Source of the DNA: Octopus sinensis
Taxonomy: Eukaryota
DNA: 64,000 bases
NCBI RefSeq assembly: GCF_006345805.1
Contig: NC_042997.1
Coordinates: 135,532,001-135,596,000 of the forward strand
Direction of reading: 5' to 3'
Numbering within the stretch: the stretch's first letter is position 1; each line of letters starts with the position of its first letter. Both the position numbers and the translations under genes were made by a program. Below the pieces are notes generated by a model. That model was given only the letters and a program-made list of their open reading frames with translations. It ran no database searches and was not told the origin of the DNA. Positions 1 through 13,189 of the stretch are shown piece by piece.

Positions 1-874
1 GTTTCAGTTTAAGGATGCATATTTACCCACCCATTATGATATTTCGCGAACGCGACATCTGTCACTGAGAACCGCTAAAGATCCAAAGCAGTATTCGTGA
101 ACTGAAGTCAAACTCTTCATGTCTTCATTTTTCGTTACCTAAAGTCAATTTCAGAGTGGTCATACACTGTGAGCACATAGCAAATACATTCCTTCAACTA
201 TACTTTTTCAAGTAGGTATTATATTGCCATTTTTGAAAATACCAATAATACTTCTCTCCGATAAAATAACCCTCTTTGCTGTTGGATAAAATAAATTCGC
301 AGAGGGGAAGTTTCAATGTCTTCATTCAATTTCCATACACCATATATGTGACTGTTTCTGACAAGAGATTTCACTTCCATGTAAAACAACTACATTTTGT
401 AGTTATTATCCGTAATCTACTCCCAAAACACCTCAGTAGCTCTATTTGCATAGCTTGCAAACTTATATGTTCCATGATAATTATAGTGCAATGATCTCCA
501 CAATAACCAGCCTTCAGTTTGGTTTTCTGTTCCTAGGTTAATCGGAAACATAGATTGCCGTGCTACTCATAAAACTTCTCGATAGTTCAATTATTTGCTG
601 AAAAAATACCACCAAAGCAAATTAAACCGTTCAAAGGACGCGTTCGTGTGCTAGTATATATATATTTTTACCATGATGTAAACTAAAAATGCATCAATAA
701 CATGCTGCCGTAACAAGTGCTGTTCATTTTGTAAACCACTTGTAAACTTCTTTTATACATTCACTACACTTGGAACAATCCCTGGTTGGATCTGCAGTTT
801 ATACTGGGTTGAGTACCTACGCATCTATGTATCTATGTTTGTGTGTGTGTGAATGTATGATTGATTGATTGATT

Positions 875-916
875 CTAGTTTCAGCTCACGAGCTGTGGCC
901 ATGCTGGGGCACCGCC
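875..916 (-). mobile_element. SINE/LINE 3' tail fragment (GGCGGTGCCCCAGCATGGCC + hairpin)
   Basis: Reverse complement reads ggcggtgccccagcatggccacagctcgtgagctgaaactaga then (ATCA)n; near-identical to 50341-50383 on the + strand. Confidence 0.75.
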
Positions 917-975
917 ATGTATATATATATATATATATGTGTGTATGTGTGTGTGTCTGTGTGGGTGTAAGTATG

Positions 976-1025
<50 letters not shown>

Positions 1026-1035
1026 ATAGATATAT

Positions 1036-1088
<53 letters not shown>

Positions 1089-1089
1089 C

Positions 1090-1122
<33 letters not shown>

Positions 1123-1131
1123 ATATATATC

Positions 1132-1163
<32 letters not shown>

Positions 1164-1164
1164 A

Positions 1165-1236
<72 letters not shown>

Positions 1237-1260
1237 CATATATATATATATATATTATAT

Positions 1261-1304
<44 letters not shown>

Positions 1305-1330
1305 ATATATATATATGTATAGAGAGAGAA
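917..1330. repeat. Long interrupted (TA)n/(TG)n microsatellite
   Basis: About 350 bp of TA dinucleotides with phase shifts; source of the YIYI ORFs. Confidence 0.97.
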
Positions 1331-2379
1331 ATGATGAGAAAGATGTGTGAATATATATATACTTACAGTATACTGCCAATGAACGAAAACTAAGAACTGC
1401 ATTAACGTACAGTAGGCTCAATACTAAGTAGCCAGCGCAATTTTTGTTGAAAAATTGTAGATTTTAATGAATCCAGCAACTCATCCATAGACATAAATGT
1501 TTGTATGTATGTGTGTGTGTATGTGTGTATGTACATACAGAGAGAGAGAGAGAAAATTGGGAGAGAGAAGAGTATATTTGGTAAGTGTGAGTATGCAGGT
1601 AAGTGTATCAACTACCCAACTTTAACGTAGACGATAACAGGCAAACGACTAATTATGTTGACAACATGCTGAGTTGTTTTGCACCCTAAAATGCTTGGCT
1701 AAACACTTTCTCTTATAGTAACTCTCTAACCGTAATCACTATTTATGATCTTTTTCTTTCTACTTTTTACTTGTTTTTCCTTTATCTTATGACGAATATA
1801 AAATGTGCTCCAATTTGATGACAATTTTTTCTTTAATTAATTAATGTGACGGAGTTCATTATATAAGTACGCCAACTAATACTTGTTTATCAATGAAAAA
1901 TACCTAAGATTCTTTAGATAAGTATAGCTTAATATTTCTATAGTTTATTTTGATTTATGTGTGTATATACACATGTTTGTGTGTATACGTATGTATACGT
2001 ATGCGTGTACAAGCACGCACATACACATATATACATGTATGCATGCATGTATTCTTTTATGCTTTTAATTGTTTCAGTAATGTGACAGCGGCCATGCCAT
2101 GCTGGAGCAACGCCTTATGTATACATTTTCATATAAGTAGGCATACTATCACATTTAAATATAAGACAATATCAAAATGAAGGAAACACTGAGACACACT
2201 CAGCTATAAATGTTTACATGTATAATGCTACATTCTTTAGTACATGTATAGCAAAAAAGACAAAGAAAGCAAAAAATCAAAATATATGAATTTATGAATA
2301 TACAATTTATGCATATACACGCCAAAATATAGCCATACTCACGTGCATCTATGCATGCAAAGCAAAAATCACAGAAGCT

Positions 2380-2415
2380 CAGGCATATGTACACATACAT
2401 ACATGTATACATACA

Positions 2416-2451
<36 letters not shown>

Positions 2452-2490
2452 CATACATACATACAATATATATATATATATATATACACA
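2380..2490. repeat. (TACA)n/(TA)n compound microsatellite
   Basis: Direct reading. Confidence 0.92.
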
Positions 2491-2983
2491 CATAAATATG
2501 TGTGTATGAGCGAGAAGTCTGTCTGTTTTGAGTTTGTGCATGCGTACATATATACATACAGACTCTCATAAATTAGCGGGCATGAATGGATGAATATGCG
2601 TATATATGTGTATGTGTGTGTATACGTGTATGTATGTGGTTGTTATATGCTTGTATATATGCATATACATCCATGCATTACATGCACATAGGTATGTGGC
2701 TGCTTTTTGTAACAGTTAATCTATGGTATGGATTGAGGAAGAAATTCTGTATGTCTTTCTTCACAAGTGGTAAACAATGAAACTATCTATCAGGTGAGTC
2801 TCTCTTTGTTTATGCTTATCAAGGACATAAAGACAATGTGTTTATATTCTTAGTTCACCCACAGTGATTCTTTGTAATATTTAAAGTTATTTCAATACAT
2901 ATGTGTGTATCTGTATGCGCTCGCATGTGTCTGTACGAGTGTAAATGTCTCATGTATTTGTATGTATATAGTATGTATATATA

Positions 2984-4633
2984 GATTTCCCGCCAGTCTC
3001 CTGAAGGAATGTAGATATCAACTTGCAGTCCCTCTGACCAACCTCTGGAGAAACTCGTTAGACGCAGGTTATATACCGAAAACGTTTCTATCCCAGTCGG
3101 TCATCCCGGTTTTCAAACAGGGAAACAGATCCCTCGCAGTCAACTATCGCCCAATCTCACTCACCTCCCACATCATTAAAGTGTTTGAAAGAGTGTTAAG
3201 ATCAAGGATAGCTGACTTCCTGGAGACCCACAAACTCCTAACTTCAAATCAGCATGGCTTTCGCTGTGGCAGGGACTGTCTAACACCGCTCTTACACCAC
3301 ATTGAAGATGTACTCAAAGCCTTGGGAACAGGTTCGAACTCTGACGTCATATACCTTGACTTCAGTAAAGCGTTCGACAGGGTAGACCATAGCATCCTAC
3401 TCTCAAAATTGGCAAATGTTGGAATCCGTGGAAAAGTTCTACACTGGATTCAGTATTTCCTAGCGAATAGAACACAACATGTAGTTGATGGAGTCCACTC
3501 AAACCCAGCAAAAGTCACCAGCGGTGTTCCCCAGGGAACTGTTTTGGGTCCGCTACTCTTCATAATTTATGTAAACGACCTTTCCAGTGTCGTACATCAC
3601 TGCAAAGTGAAAATATTCGCTGATGACACTAAGCTCCAGCAAATCGTCAATGAAGAAGCAGACCGAACTCAACTCCAGTCTGACCTATATGCTGTGAGTC
3701 AATGGGCAGACAGAAACAAAATGCAACTGAATGAGGGAAAATTTGAGCTGATGCATTTTGGAAGAAATTCCTCACTAAAACAACCATACTCTCTTCCTTC
3801 AGGGGAACCGCTCACAGCCTCTAACAATATCAGAGACCTGGGTGTAATTGTTGATGACGATCTCAGTTGGAGTGCACACATCAACAAGAAGGTCGATACA
3901 GCTCGCAGGATGAGTTCCTGGATCTTAAGAACTTTCCGGTCCAGAGAACAAGGTGTCATCATACCACTTTTTTCATCCTTTGTACGGCCACACCTTGAAT
4001 ACTGCTGCCCACTGTGGTCTCCTCACACAAGACAAAACATCTCCAGAATTGAGTCACCCCAGAGGGCTCTCACTAAACAAATTGAAGGCATGGCTGCTCT
4101 CGATTATTGGGATCGCCTTAAAGCCTTGAAACTTTACTCCCTCCAGCGTCGCCGTGAGCGGTACATCATTTGTACGATGTGGAAAATATACCGCCAACTT
4201 TGCCCAAACGACCTAAACATTAGCTTCAAGGTTCATCCGAGACTTGGACCACGGGCTATACGTCCCCTGCCAAACTCAAGATCACAACATACATGTACAC
4301 TGCAGCATAATTTCTTTTCCTCAACAGGCCCTGCCCTATTTAACATTGTCCCGAGGGAGATCAAAGAGGAAAAGGATCCCATCAACTTCAAACAGAGTCT
4401 GGATAGATTCCTTCAAAGAATACCAGATAAGCCACCCATAATTGGATACAACTCACCCAACAAGAACTCACTACTTGAACAAAACTGGATACAACTCACC
4501 CAACAAGAACTCACTACTTGAACAAAACTTGACTTAAACAGGATTCGAATAATCCTATCAGGTGGTGCTATTAAGTTAGACATGGCCTGGACCAATCTCT
4601 GGTCGAAACATATCTAAGTTTTATCTAAGTTTT
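2984..4633 (+). mobile_element. 5'-truncated CR1-clade LINE: open reverse-transcriptase frame plus 3' UTR
   Basis: ORF 2905-4521 from FPASLLKEC: NYRPISLTS, YLDFSKAFDRVDH, SGVPQGTVLGPLLF, FADDTK, RDLGV, VRPHLEYC..WSP, LQRRRER. The first ~27 codons are microsatellite. 3' tail (TATCTAAGTTT)x2. Confidence 0.93.
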
Positions 4634-5629
4634 ATATATATATATATATATGTGTGTGATAGATATATATGGAAAGTCAAGTGTTATGGTGCTCATAGAG
4701 TGACCGCGCCTATAAAGCACTTAGCAGTAAATGTGACTTGTCAGACTCAAATGGCTGAAAGAGCATATCTTCTCTACAACTTGAGGAAGAAAAACGTAAC
4801 GTTCGGTTGGTTTTCTAAACAAAAGAAATATTTTGTACAGTGGGATGGGGTGCTCCGCCGTGGCAATATTCGAAGAAGCTATGGTGGGACTACTCAAAGA
4901 TTGAAGAATTCTGGATCTGAAGCAGTAAAAGTTTATAGATGATGACATTAACTGAATACTCCTTCCTGGAATTTAAAAAGGTCCCCGGGTCGAGCGAGAT
5001 TTTTTGGGCTTCTTACCCTCTCTGCCAAGCAGACTTACATCATTTACTCCCATTAATATAAGCTCTTGGTTGTTCAAGGAGTTTTCTTTTAATTATGAAT
5101 GGGGATCCTTCTTCTTTTAGGCACCACATGTGGCTGACCAGAGAGGTGATTTTGCGTCTTCCGGCAACCCAAAATTAAACATATACATATACTTGTGTGT
5201 GTGAGAAAGAGAGAGTTATGTGTGTGCGTGCGTACTTGTGCATGTGTGTGTCCATAAACGGGTGGACACACATCCGCAACCGGGTGTACCTGCACAAACA
5301 CGCATTAGAATATGATGCTACTTGTGTAATATATGCATTATTTTTACCGGTTAAATTCGAACATAATTAATGAAAATATCTATACAGACATAAAACCCCT
5401 CACAAACTGAAACAATTTTTTATGCGCTTACATATTCTAAACTTGGAGCGCATGTATTCGCACATATTAACATGCAAAAGTCATGCAAATTAGAATATAA
5501 ATATTGGTTATCGATATGAACTACCTGTGTGTATGTACAGATATGATTAATCTTCAGAGAACAGAGACAATTGAGGTATGTACGTTATTTCGTCGTGTAT
5601 ACATAATACATACATACATACATCTGTGT

Positions 5630-5647
5630 GTATGTGTGTGTGTGTGT

Positions 5648-5706
<59 letters not shown>

Positions 5707-5745
5707 TAACGAGAGAGAAAGAAAGAAAGGAAGAAAGACTGAAAG
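5630..5745. repeat. (TG)n-(GATA)n-(GA)n compound microsatellite
   Basis: Direct reading. Confidence 0.92.
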
Positions 5746-8001
5746 AGATACAGACTCATAGGCATATATGAACACAAATAAACACACACTCATATATAAT
5801 TGCGAATATGTATATCCTTAAAATCCTTTAAAATGTTTTAGCCCGAAGGCCGCGGCCATTCTGGGGCACAACACAAGATTATATATGCGAGTGTGTGCGT
5901 TGTGGTGAGTGCGTGTGCATACGTATTGACATATACGCACACGCATACACACATCAAATATATATATATATATATATATATATTTGGACTCAGAACTTAA
6001 AGACGGACGAAATGTCGCTCGCTAGCTCTTTATGCAATTTCAAATCTTTCTTTTTAGATTGGTGGTTGTTGCGTGAGACAGTGTAGGTCATTAAACACTG
6101 ATATCTGGCGAGGGAAAAGCCTCCTAAAGTTTCCGTTATGTATATATACTCTAGCATCATCATAATAAAGATTTTTATTACCACTTCATAGGCTTCGGAC
6201 ATAAAATATGAACTAATAATAAAATGTCGACCTAGGTGCTGTAATAATTAATAAAGTGTAGAACATTTGAAACTGTGCTGTTCAAATGAATTGGGCTATT
6301 TCAGTTTTAATTCCACTAACAAGTACAGGAGATTAGAAAGCAATTACGTTTATTTATAGGGTAAAAATAATTGGCGAAGTAAGTTATTTACAAACACAAG
6401 TTTTTTTATAGTTACTCTTTAGATGAGATTGAATTTGTATACATACTCAATATTCATCAGTAAAAACTATTTCATACAAGTGATAGATCCTTCCTTCTTT
6501 TGCAAAAAAGAAGCACTGTAATTTCGTAAACAGAAGTCATTAAACAAATAAATTTGATATTCAATATTTCCAACATATGTTTTAAATTTAGATATTTGAA
6601 AGCATTTTAACAAAAATGTTAATAACGTCCAATCTTCCTAATTGTTTAACAGAAAGAACAGTGTGCTGAAGCTGACATAATTAAAAGCATCGCTATTGAA
6701 ATTTTGCCAAATAAATGTAACGGAGATTAAGGAATTTGATAAAATGGAAATCAAAATAAAATAGGAAATATATTGTAAATTCTTTTCTTTTAGTTTTCAG
6801 TTATATTTGGACAGAGTTATAAATCTTCATTAGAACCGAATTTAATTTTTCTTTTACAAAAGTTAATTCCGTGTAATTTATTTGCCTGTCATTTGTCTGA
6901 AATTCATTACTTATTCAAACATTAAGATTATAGAAGTTCAGCTCAATATCAAAGCCTTTTAACTATCCTCCTGAGATGGAATTTCACTATTAGAATAGAG
7001 CCAAATTGCTAAGGTTTACTGGTCTAAAGTAGCAGACCGATTGTTATTCTTATGGTTTCTTTGGAAAATATTGAACAAAACGGTATAGTTGAGTAGTGAA
7101 AAGACGTAGTATTATTTTCATATATTATATAACCATTGAATCTTCCTACTAAGCATGGCGTTTCACGTGTTGAAGCTCCCTTTGACGTTGCGTACAAATG
7201 GTCAAGTATTCTGAATCATCGTTTTCACGGTGCGGCTCAAAATCAAGTAAATCCAGCAGAGTGAATGCCAATACAGCAAGGAATAACATGCATCAGAAAT
7301 ATGCTAACTAAACTTGACTTACAGAAAATCAAACCAAAACTGCTCACTTATATAACCATTGAGAAGTTTTTTATAAATTTCATTTGAATTTATATATTTT
7401 AACTTATTCATAATACAGACTTTTCTTAATTTTTGGGACGCTAAGTCTGCGGGAAAATATGATTGCAATAAGCAATGTAACATTTAATAACCATAAAACT
7501 GATTAAAGATTACCTCCTCCTATGTATCTGGAACGTAGCTGATTGGCGGTAGCCAGCAAAACTTAAATATACATTTTGTAGCAATTTTTGCACTTATTTT
7601 CAGATTCATCAGGCTTGTGTTCTGCTATTTGGAAGCGCATTATTTTACAATGTATATACTAAAATTTAGGAGCACGTGAAATTCATGAAAGCATATCATG
7701 AATTCGGTTAAGTAAATGGCACATGGACGTTTTGAAATATTTATCTACGCATTTTTAATAAAGAACTTAAACGTGAAAGATTACAGTAAAATGTTTAATA
7801 ATCTTTTTTTTATCTTTCGGAACATGTGTACAAACTAAAAGCATATGTTCTTTTACGTGCACAGACGTATAGAATTTTCTTTCATTAGTTTAGTATATGA
7901 AATGAAGTAAATCACAACGAAAAAAAAATCTTTAGAAATATAACTTCTTTAGTAGCCTTATCGGAAATATCTTTAAAAGTAGTTTTGCGTAGCTCTGATT
8001 C

Positions 8002-8060
<59 letters not shown>

Positions 8061-8065
8061 TATTA
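8002..8065. repeat. (ATT)n microsatellite
   Basis: About 18 ATT units. Confidence 0.95.
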
Positions 8066-8208
8066 TCATTTTAAATTCAATTTTTGTTGTTTTTGCTTTA
8101 TGTGCTATAAAATGATAATTTTTTGGAGATTTGTAAGTAGTATGTTTTTTTACTACATTCAACGCCCCACAACCACCAACATTTTATACTTATCGACAGT
8201 ATTATTGC

Positions 8209-8657
8209 CAGTGGCGAGCTGGCAGAAACGTTAGCACGCCGGGCGAAATGCGTAGCCGTATTTCGTCTGCCGCTACGTTCTGAGTTCAAATTCCGCCGAG
8301 GTCGACTTTACCTTTCGTCCTTTCGTGGTCGATAAATTAAGTACCAGTTTCGCACTGGGGTCGATGTAATCGACTTAATCCCTTTGTCTGTCCTTGTTTG
8401 TCCCCTCTATGTGTAGCCCCTTGTGAACAATAAAGAAATAAGAAACGTTAGCACGCCGGGCGAAATGCTTAACAGTATTTCGTCTGCCGCTACGTTCTGA
8501 GTTCCAATTCCGCCGAGGTTGACTTTGTCTTTCATCCTTTCGGGGTCGATTAAAGAAGTACCAGTTACGCACTGGGGTCGATATGATCGACTTAATCCAT
8601 TTGTCTGCCCTTGTTTGTCCTCTCTGTGTTTAGCCCCTTGTGGGTAGTAAAGAAATA
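8209..8657 (+). mobile_element. Head-to-tail dimer of tRNA-derived SINE family S1
   Basis: A-box-like TGGCGAGCTGGCAGAA, B-box-like GTTCTGAGTTCAAATTCC; second monomer starts at agaaacgttagcacg (~8441); 11-bp agtattattgc at 8198-8208 and 8658-8668. Confidence 0.88.
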
Positions 8658-10344
8658 AGTATTATTGCTCATGAGCAAATTCTTGGAGTGAAGTATTCTG
8701 TTTACTTAATTTTGTGTAATCAGTTACAATACTATACCACGTTACTACAGTTTAGTCAAGATTCTAAAGATTCTGAATAGAAAAATATTCCCTAATTTTG
8801 ATATACTGTTCTTGAATATTTTTTAAGCAAGTAAGTAGTGCTACATGCGATGCCTATGTATTTAATAAATATTCTTCAAATACCGTTTCAACCTCTGATC
8901 GAGTGGGAGATAGGTGAATAAATAATTCATGCTATCCCTCTCAAACAATGCTAATTTCATATATGTAGTAAAACCCAATCAGTTCGGACAAAGAACAGCT
9001 AGAGTTAGCATTCTTCAGTTGCACTCCGTATAAATAGTGTTTTCCAAAATATCTGAAGTCAGCTTAATAATGTATGATCTGCTTAATGCACACCATTAGA
9101 TTAATGCCTAAATGCCTACGAAGAATTTCAACTAGCTTGTCATAATTATGATTACACATTTTCCTCCTTAATAAGGCTTTAAATTCCAGTAGAGTATTTG
9201 CCTACTTCGAACGCTGAGTTTTATTTTGGTAATCATCAGGAGAAAAAGTTGATTCTGAAAATTTAGTTAATATGCGTGTGAAAGAAATTAGCAGAACCTG
9301 CAAAACCTCAAAATAACATTTAAAACTCTACAACAGGTGGAATTTTGTTGAGGATCCTCATGTTACCACCGTCCCAAACCTGTGTATACATTGTAATTTT
9401 TCCGTTTTTTAAAAAATACATTGATGTCGCATGATTCATGCTTCGTGCACGTTAGTACACACTCCAATACGCTCATATATTTTTGCCTCTACATCCATAT
9501 ATCAACGTTATACTATCACACCGACTCATGTGGCTTCACAGACGACTACAAAAAAAAAAGTAGTCTAAAATTGAAATAAGCATTCTCAAAATGCCTGATT
9601 TTGTCTTTCTCAAATTGGAAACATAGGAGCTTCATCTCTGAACTATATTGCCAAAACAACACTCAAAGAGTTTAGGAACCGATCAGGGTAGCAGATACAG
9701 AACAAACTCGCATTTAAATTAATTCACACAGCATTGTGAGCAACTTCCGTGTGTATTTTCTCCAGTTACAGTTCAACGAGAACAACAGCAGCAGCAGCGG
9801 CAGCGGCAGCAGCATCAGGAACAACAATAATTTGACCAGTAGTCAGAGCCACACCTCAATGCTAGCACAGTTGATGACCTATTAAACTCCACAATCAACA
9901 GACGTTCACATTTCAACTATCCAAATACTTCATTTCCTCCGAATACCATTATCATCATTGCCATCATATTCTACAACAACAGCAACAACTATAACAATAT
10001 CAACAGCCACAGTCACTCCTCAATACTAGCCCAATTGATGACCTATCAAACAGCAGAGTCTCTAGTTCTTTTCCATAGTCAGGCTACTCCAATTTCTCCC
10101 TCGCTCAGAATAAAACAAGAAATCTATTATCACCATTGTAATCTTATTCTACTGCTAATACCATTACCACTACTACTATTATAATTAGTAAAGAATCACC
10201 CTTTTCTTCCCCCTATAGTCCACCTCAATCTAAATCTATACTTCACAACTCCATGATAAGTCTGCCAACTGTAAATAAAAAAAAAGCAATCTCTTTGATG
10301 TCAAACAGCATAGCCAGTAACACTAATAGAGCACAATAATCTCT

Positions 10345-11570
10345 TGAGAGGAAAGGACATTGGATGCGTAGCTTGATTATGCGAAGGTGTTTGTCAAATT
10401 AATCATGGAATCATCTGTCATAAGTTAAGGGATCTTGGTATCACAGGAAAACTTGGAGAATGGTTCTTTGGCTTCCTATGCCGTAGGAGTCAATCAGTAG
10501 TTACAAGTGGTTTTCTCTTTGTTAAATTAACTATGATAAGTGGCATACCTCAGGATACGGTTCTGAACCCATTATTATTGGTGATCTTATACCATTTCTG
10601 GTATATGGTAACACGTACACTCGGCCGACATAAATACATACCCCGAGGGCACAGAAATATCAATCGCTCTCCTAATTCCAGAAGATACCGTCATACTCCA
10701 GAATTAACAAAACTTCATTTATGAATGGGCTGATAAAATACTATGAATTTTAATACACCAAAATTTCAGGTTCTTCATTATGGAAGGAATACACATCAAT
10801 TGCAATGTTTAACACCAGATTCAAAGCGCTAATGACATACGGGACTAGGGGTAATCATATCAAACGATGAACTTTTCATCAGCTACATCACCAAACTGAC
10901 CCTTAAATGCAGATATCTCATAGGATGGAGCCTACGGGCCCTCGTAACAAGAAAAACAGTAGTTATGCTAACACTACGGAAAACCCTAGTACTGAACAGG
11001 ACAGATTAGATTACTACTCATTGCTATAGTCTCCTAATTTACCCGGTGATATAGAAGAAATTAAAGGGTTAAAATGAACTTTCGGTTAAATGTCTTAATT
11101 AGTGGAAACTTCTGAAAGTTCTGCGTCTCTACCCTCTTGAACGCCAAAGAAAGGCATATACTATAATGAAAGTATGGAAAATCCTGGAGGGCATATTCCA
11201 AACCACGGCATCAGAAGATATTGTCAGCTTCCATATATGCCACCACGTAAATCCCGAGCAAAGCACTCTACTGTACTAGTCTGATATTTAGAGGCCCTCA
11301 ACTATTCAACTGCCTATCCAAAGAAATCAGAAATATAATGGGAATCTACTGAAACATTAAAAAAAAGGAAAACATTGTATAAATAAATTTCTAACGACGA
11401 TACCGGACCAGACAACCATGCAGGTAAGGTCGGCTGTTATAAACTCAACCAAAGACCAACTTTCAACCATAAAGCGACAACATAACTGAAATTATATAAT
11501 TCAAGGTGGTGCTCCAGTATGGCCTCAGTGCTATAACTGGAACCGTTAAAGGAATAAAATAAAAGAAAAG
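10345..11570 (+). pseudogene. Old degraded CR1-clade LINE RT with 3' tail
   Basis: Frameshifted LDYAKVF..HKLRDLGITGKLGEW..SGIPQDTVLNPLL, TRGLGV; ends ggtggtgctccagtatggcc-hairpin-A-rich tail. Confidence 0.8.
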
Positions 11571-11865
11571 GAATTTACTCTTATAAGAATGTAACATCGT
11601 TAACAGTCTCCTTCCGGTTTTTAATGGGAAGATGTGTGTGTGTATTCTTGCGTCTATATGTATATGTCTATAAGTTTGTATGTATATGTATGTGAATGTA
11701 TGAAGATATGTATGTATGTGTCTATATTAATGTACTACTTCCATGTAGAAGGCAGGAGTAAATTTTAATTGGGAATTATCCTCAGTGTGTATGTGTGTGT
11801 GTGTGCGCGCGCGCGTGTATATGTGTGTGTGCGTGCCTGCGTGTGTGTGTGTTTATGTATGTATT

Positions 11866-13150
11866 ATTCTTTTATTCTTTTACATGCTGGAGTCTTAAAA
11901 GGTTTTAGTCGCAGAAATCGACTTCAGGATTAATTCTTCGTAAGCCTAGTACTTTGATTTGTCGCGGTTGACTTTCAATCCTAGTTTGGCAGCTATTGCT
12001 TGTAATTTTGACGTTTTATTTTGCATTTGGCTTTATGTTTGTGAAAGTAGCGCTATATCATCTGCAAAGTCTAGATCTTCTGGAGCTTCTGCATCCGTCC
12101 ATTCAATGCCTGTTTGTCTTTCCATTATAGATTCCTTCATAATCCAATCTATAACTAGTAGAAACAAAAAGGGAGAAAGTATACAGCCCTGTCGAACTCC
12201 TGTTTTTACTTAGAATTTATCCATAGCTCCGTTTCCATGTAAGACTCGGCATGACATTCCTTGGTAAGTTGCTCTTATTATAGGTATGTACTTGTCTGGT
12301 ATGCCGTAGTGCTGCATAATTTTCCATAAGCCTTCCCTATCTACAATATCAAATACTTTTTCGAAATCAATAATTATGCGCATTAATGAAGAACACAGCG
12401 AACGTATTAAACTAGAAACCGGTGAACTAGAGGATGTAGCCGAGTTTACGTATTTAGGTAGTAAGATAACATTTTCAGGCGGTACCGACGAATACATTAA
12501 GACGAGAATAAGTAAGGCAAGGACCGCTTTTCACCTGTTAAAGAAAGTATGGAGCGCAAGTGTAATTTCAATAAAGAACAAAATATGAATTTTTAACAAT
12601 AACGTAAAAGCGGTGTTATTGTATGGGACTGAGACATGGCGAACAACAGTTAAGTCAAATAAGCAAATACAATCATTCATCAACAGATGCTTGCGTAGTA
12701 TACTTAAAATTAGATGGCCTGAACACATAAGCAATATGGAGCTATGGCAAAGAACAAATCAAGTTTCGATTAGGAGGCAAATATTTAAGAAAAAGTGGAA
12801 GTGGATTGGTAGCACAATTAGAAAAGACACACCAAATGTAGTGAAAAGTGCTTTACAGTGGAAACTGGATGGATATAGAAGGAGAGGTATACAACTCGTA
12901 GCGGAGAGCAACACAAAAGCAACTAGAGAAAGGGGGGCATTCATGGCAGAGTATAAGTACAGAAGCCAAAAATTATGCGACACGGAATTCAACAATAAGT
13001 GGCCTATACTCCGCGTTGGAGGGTTAAAGGCATAAAGAAGAAAGCCTAGTACTTATTCTATCGTTCTCTTTTGCTGAACTGCTAAGTTACGGGGATGTAA
13101 ACAATCAAATATCGGTTATCAAGCGATGGCGCGGTGACAAACAGACAGAT
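11866..13150 (-). mobile_element. 3' half of SINE family S2, interrupted by an RTE insertion
   Basis: 11866-11954 and 13042-13150 join through aagcctagtactt into continuous S2 sequence (compare 14905-15065 and 21505-21620). Confidence 0.8.
11955..13041 (+). mobile_element. RTE-clade LINE 3' fragment with inverted 5' segment and 13-bp TSD
   Basis: Minus strand 12371-11955: IDFEKVFDIVDREGLW..GVRQGCILSPFLF..LDFADD..GLKVNRDKS. Plus strand 12372-13035: IMRINE..FTYLGS..LLYGTETW..RCLRSILKIRW. Tail AAGAAGAA; TSD aagcctagtactt at 11942-11954 and 13042-13054. Confidence 0.9.
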
Positions 13151-13189
13151 GCCTAAATACATATACTTATAGACGCAGGGGTGGCTGTG

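Noticed and set aside
1-650. Possible transposase or Helitron remnant
   Set aside because: Weak motif resemblances fall on opposite strands and frames are closed; not supportable.
939-1393. [16 protein letters not shown] ORFs here and throughout the window
   Set aside because: Translations of (TA)n, (TG)n, (CA)n and (GATA)n tracts, which lack stop codons; not genes.
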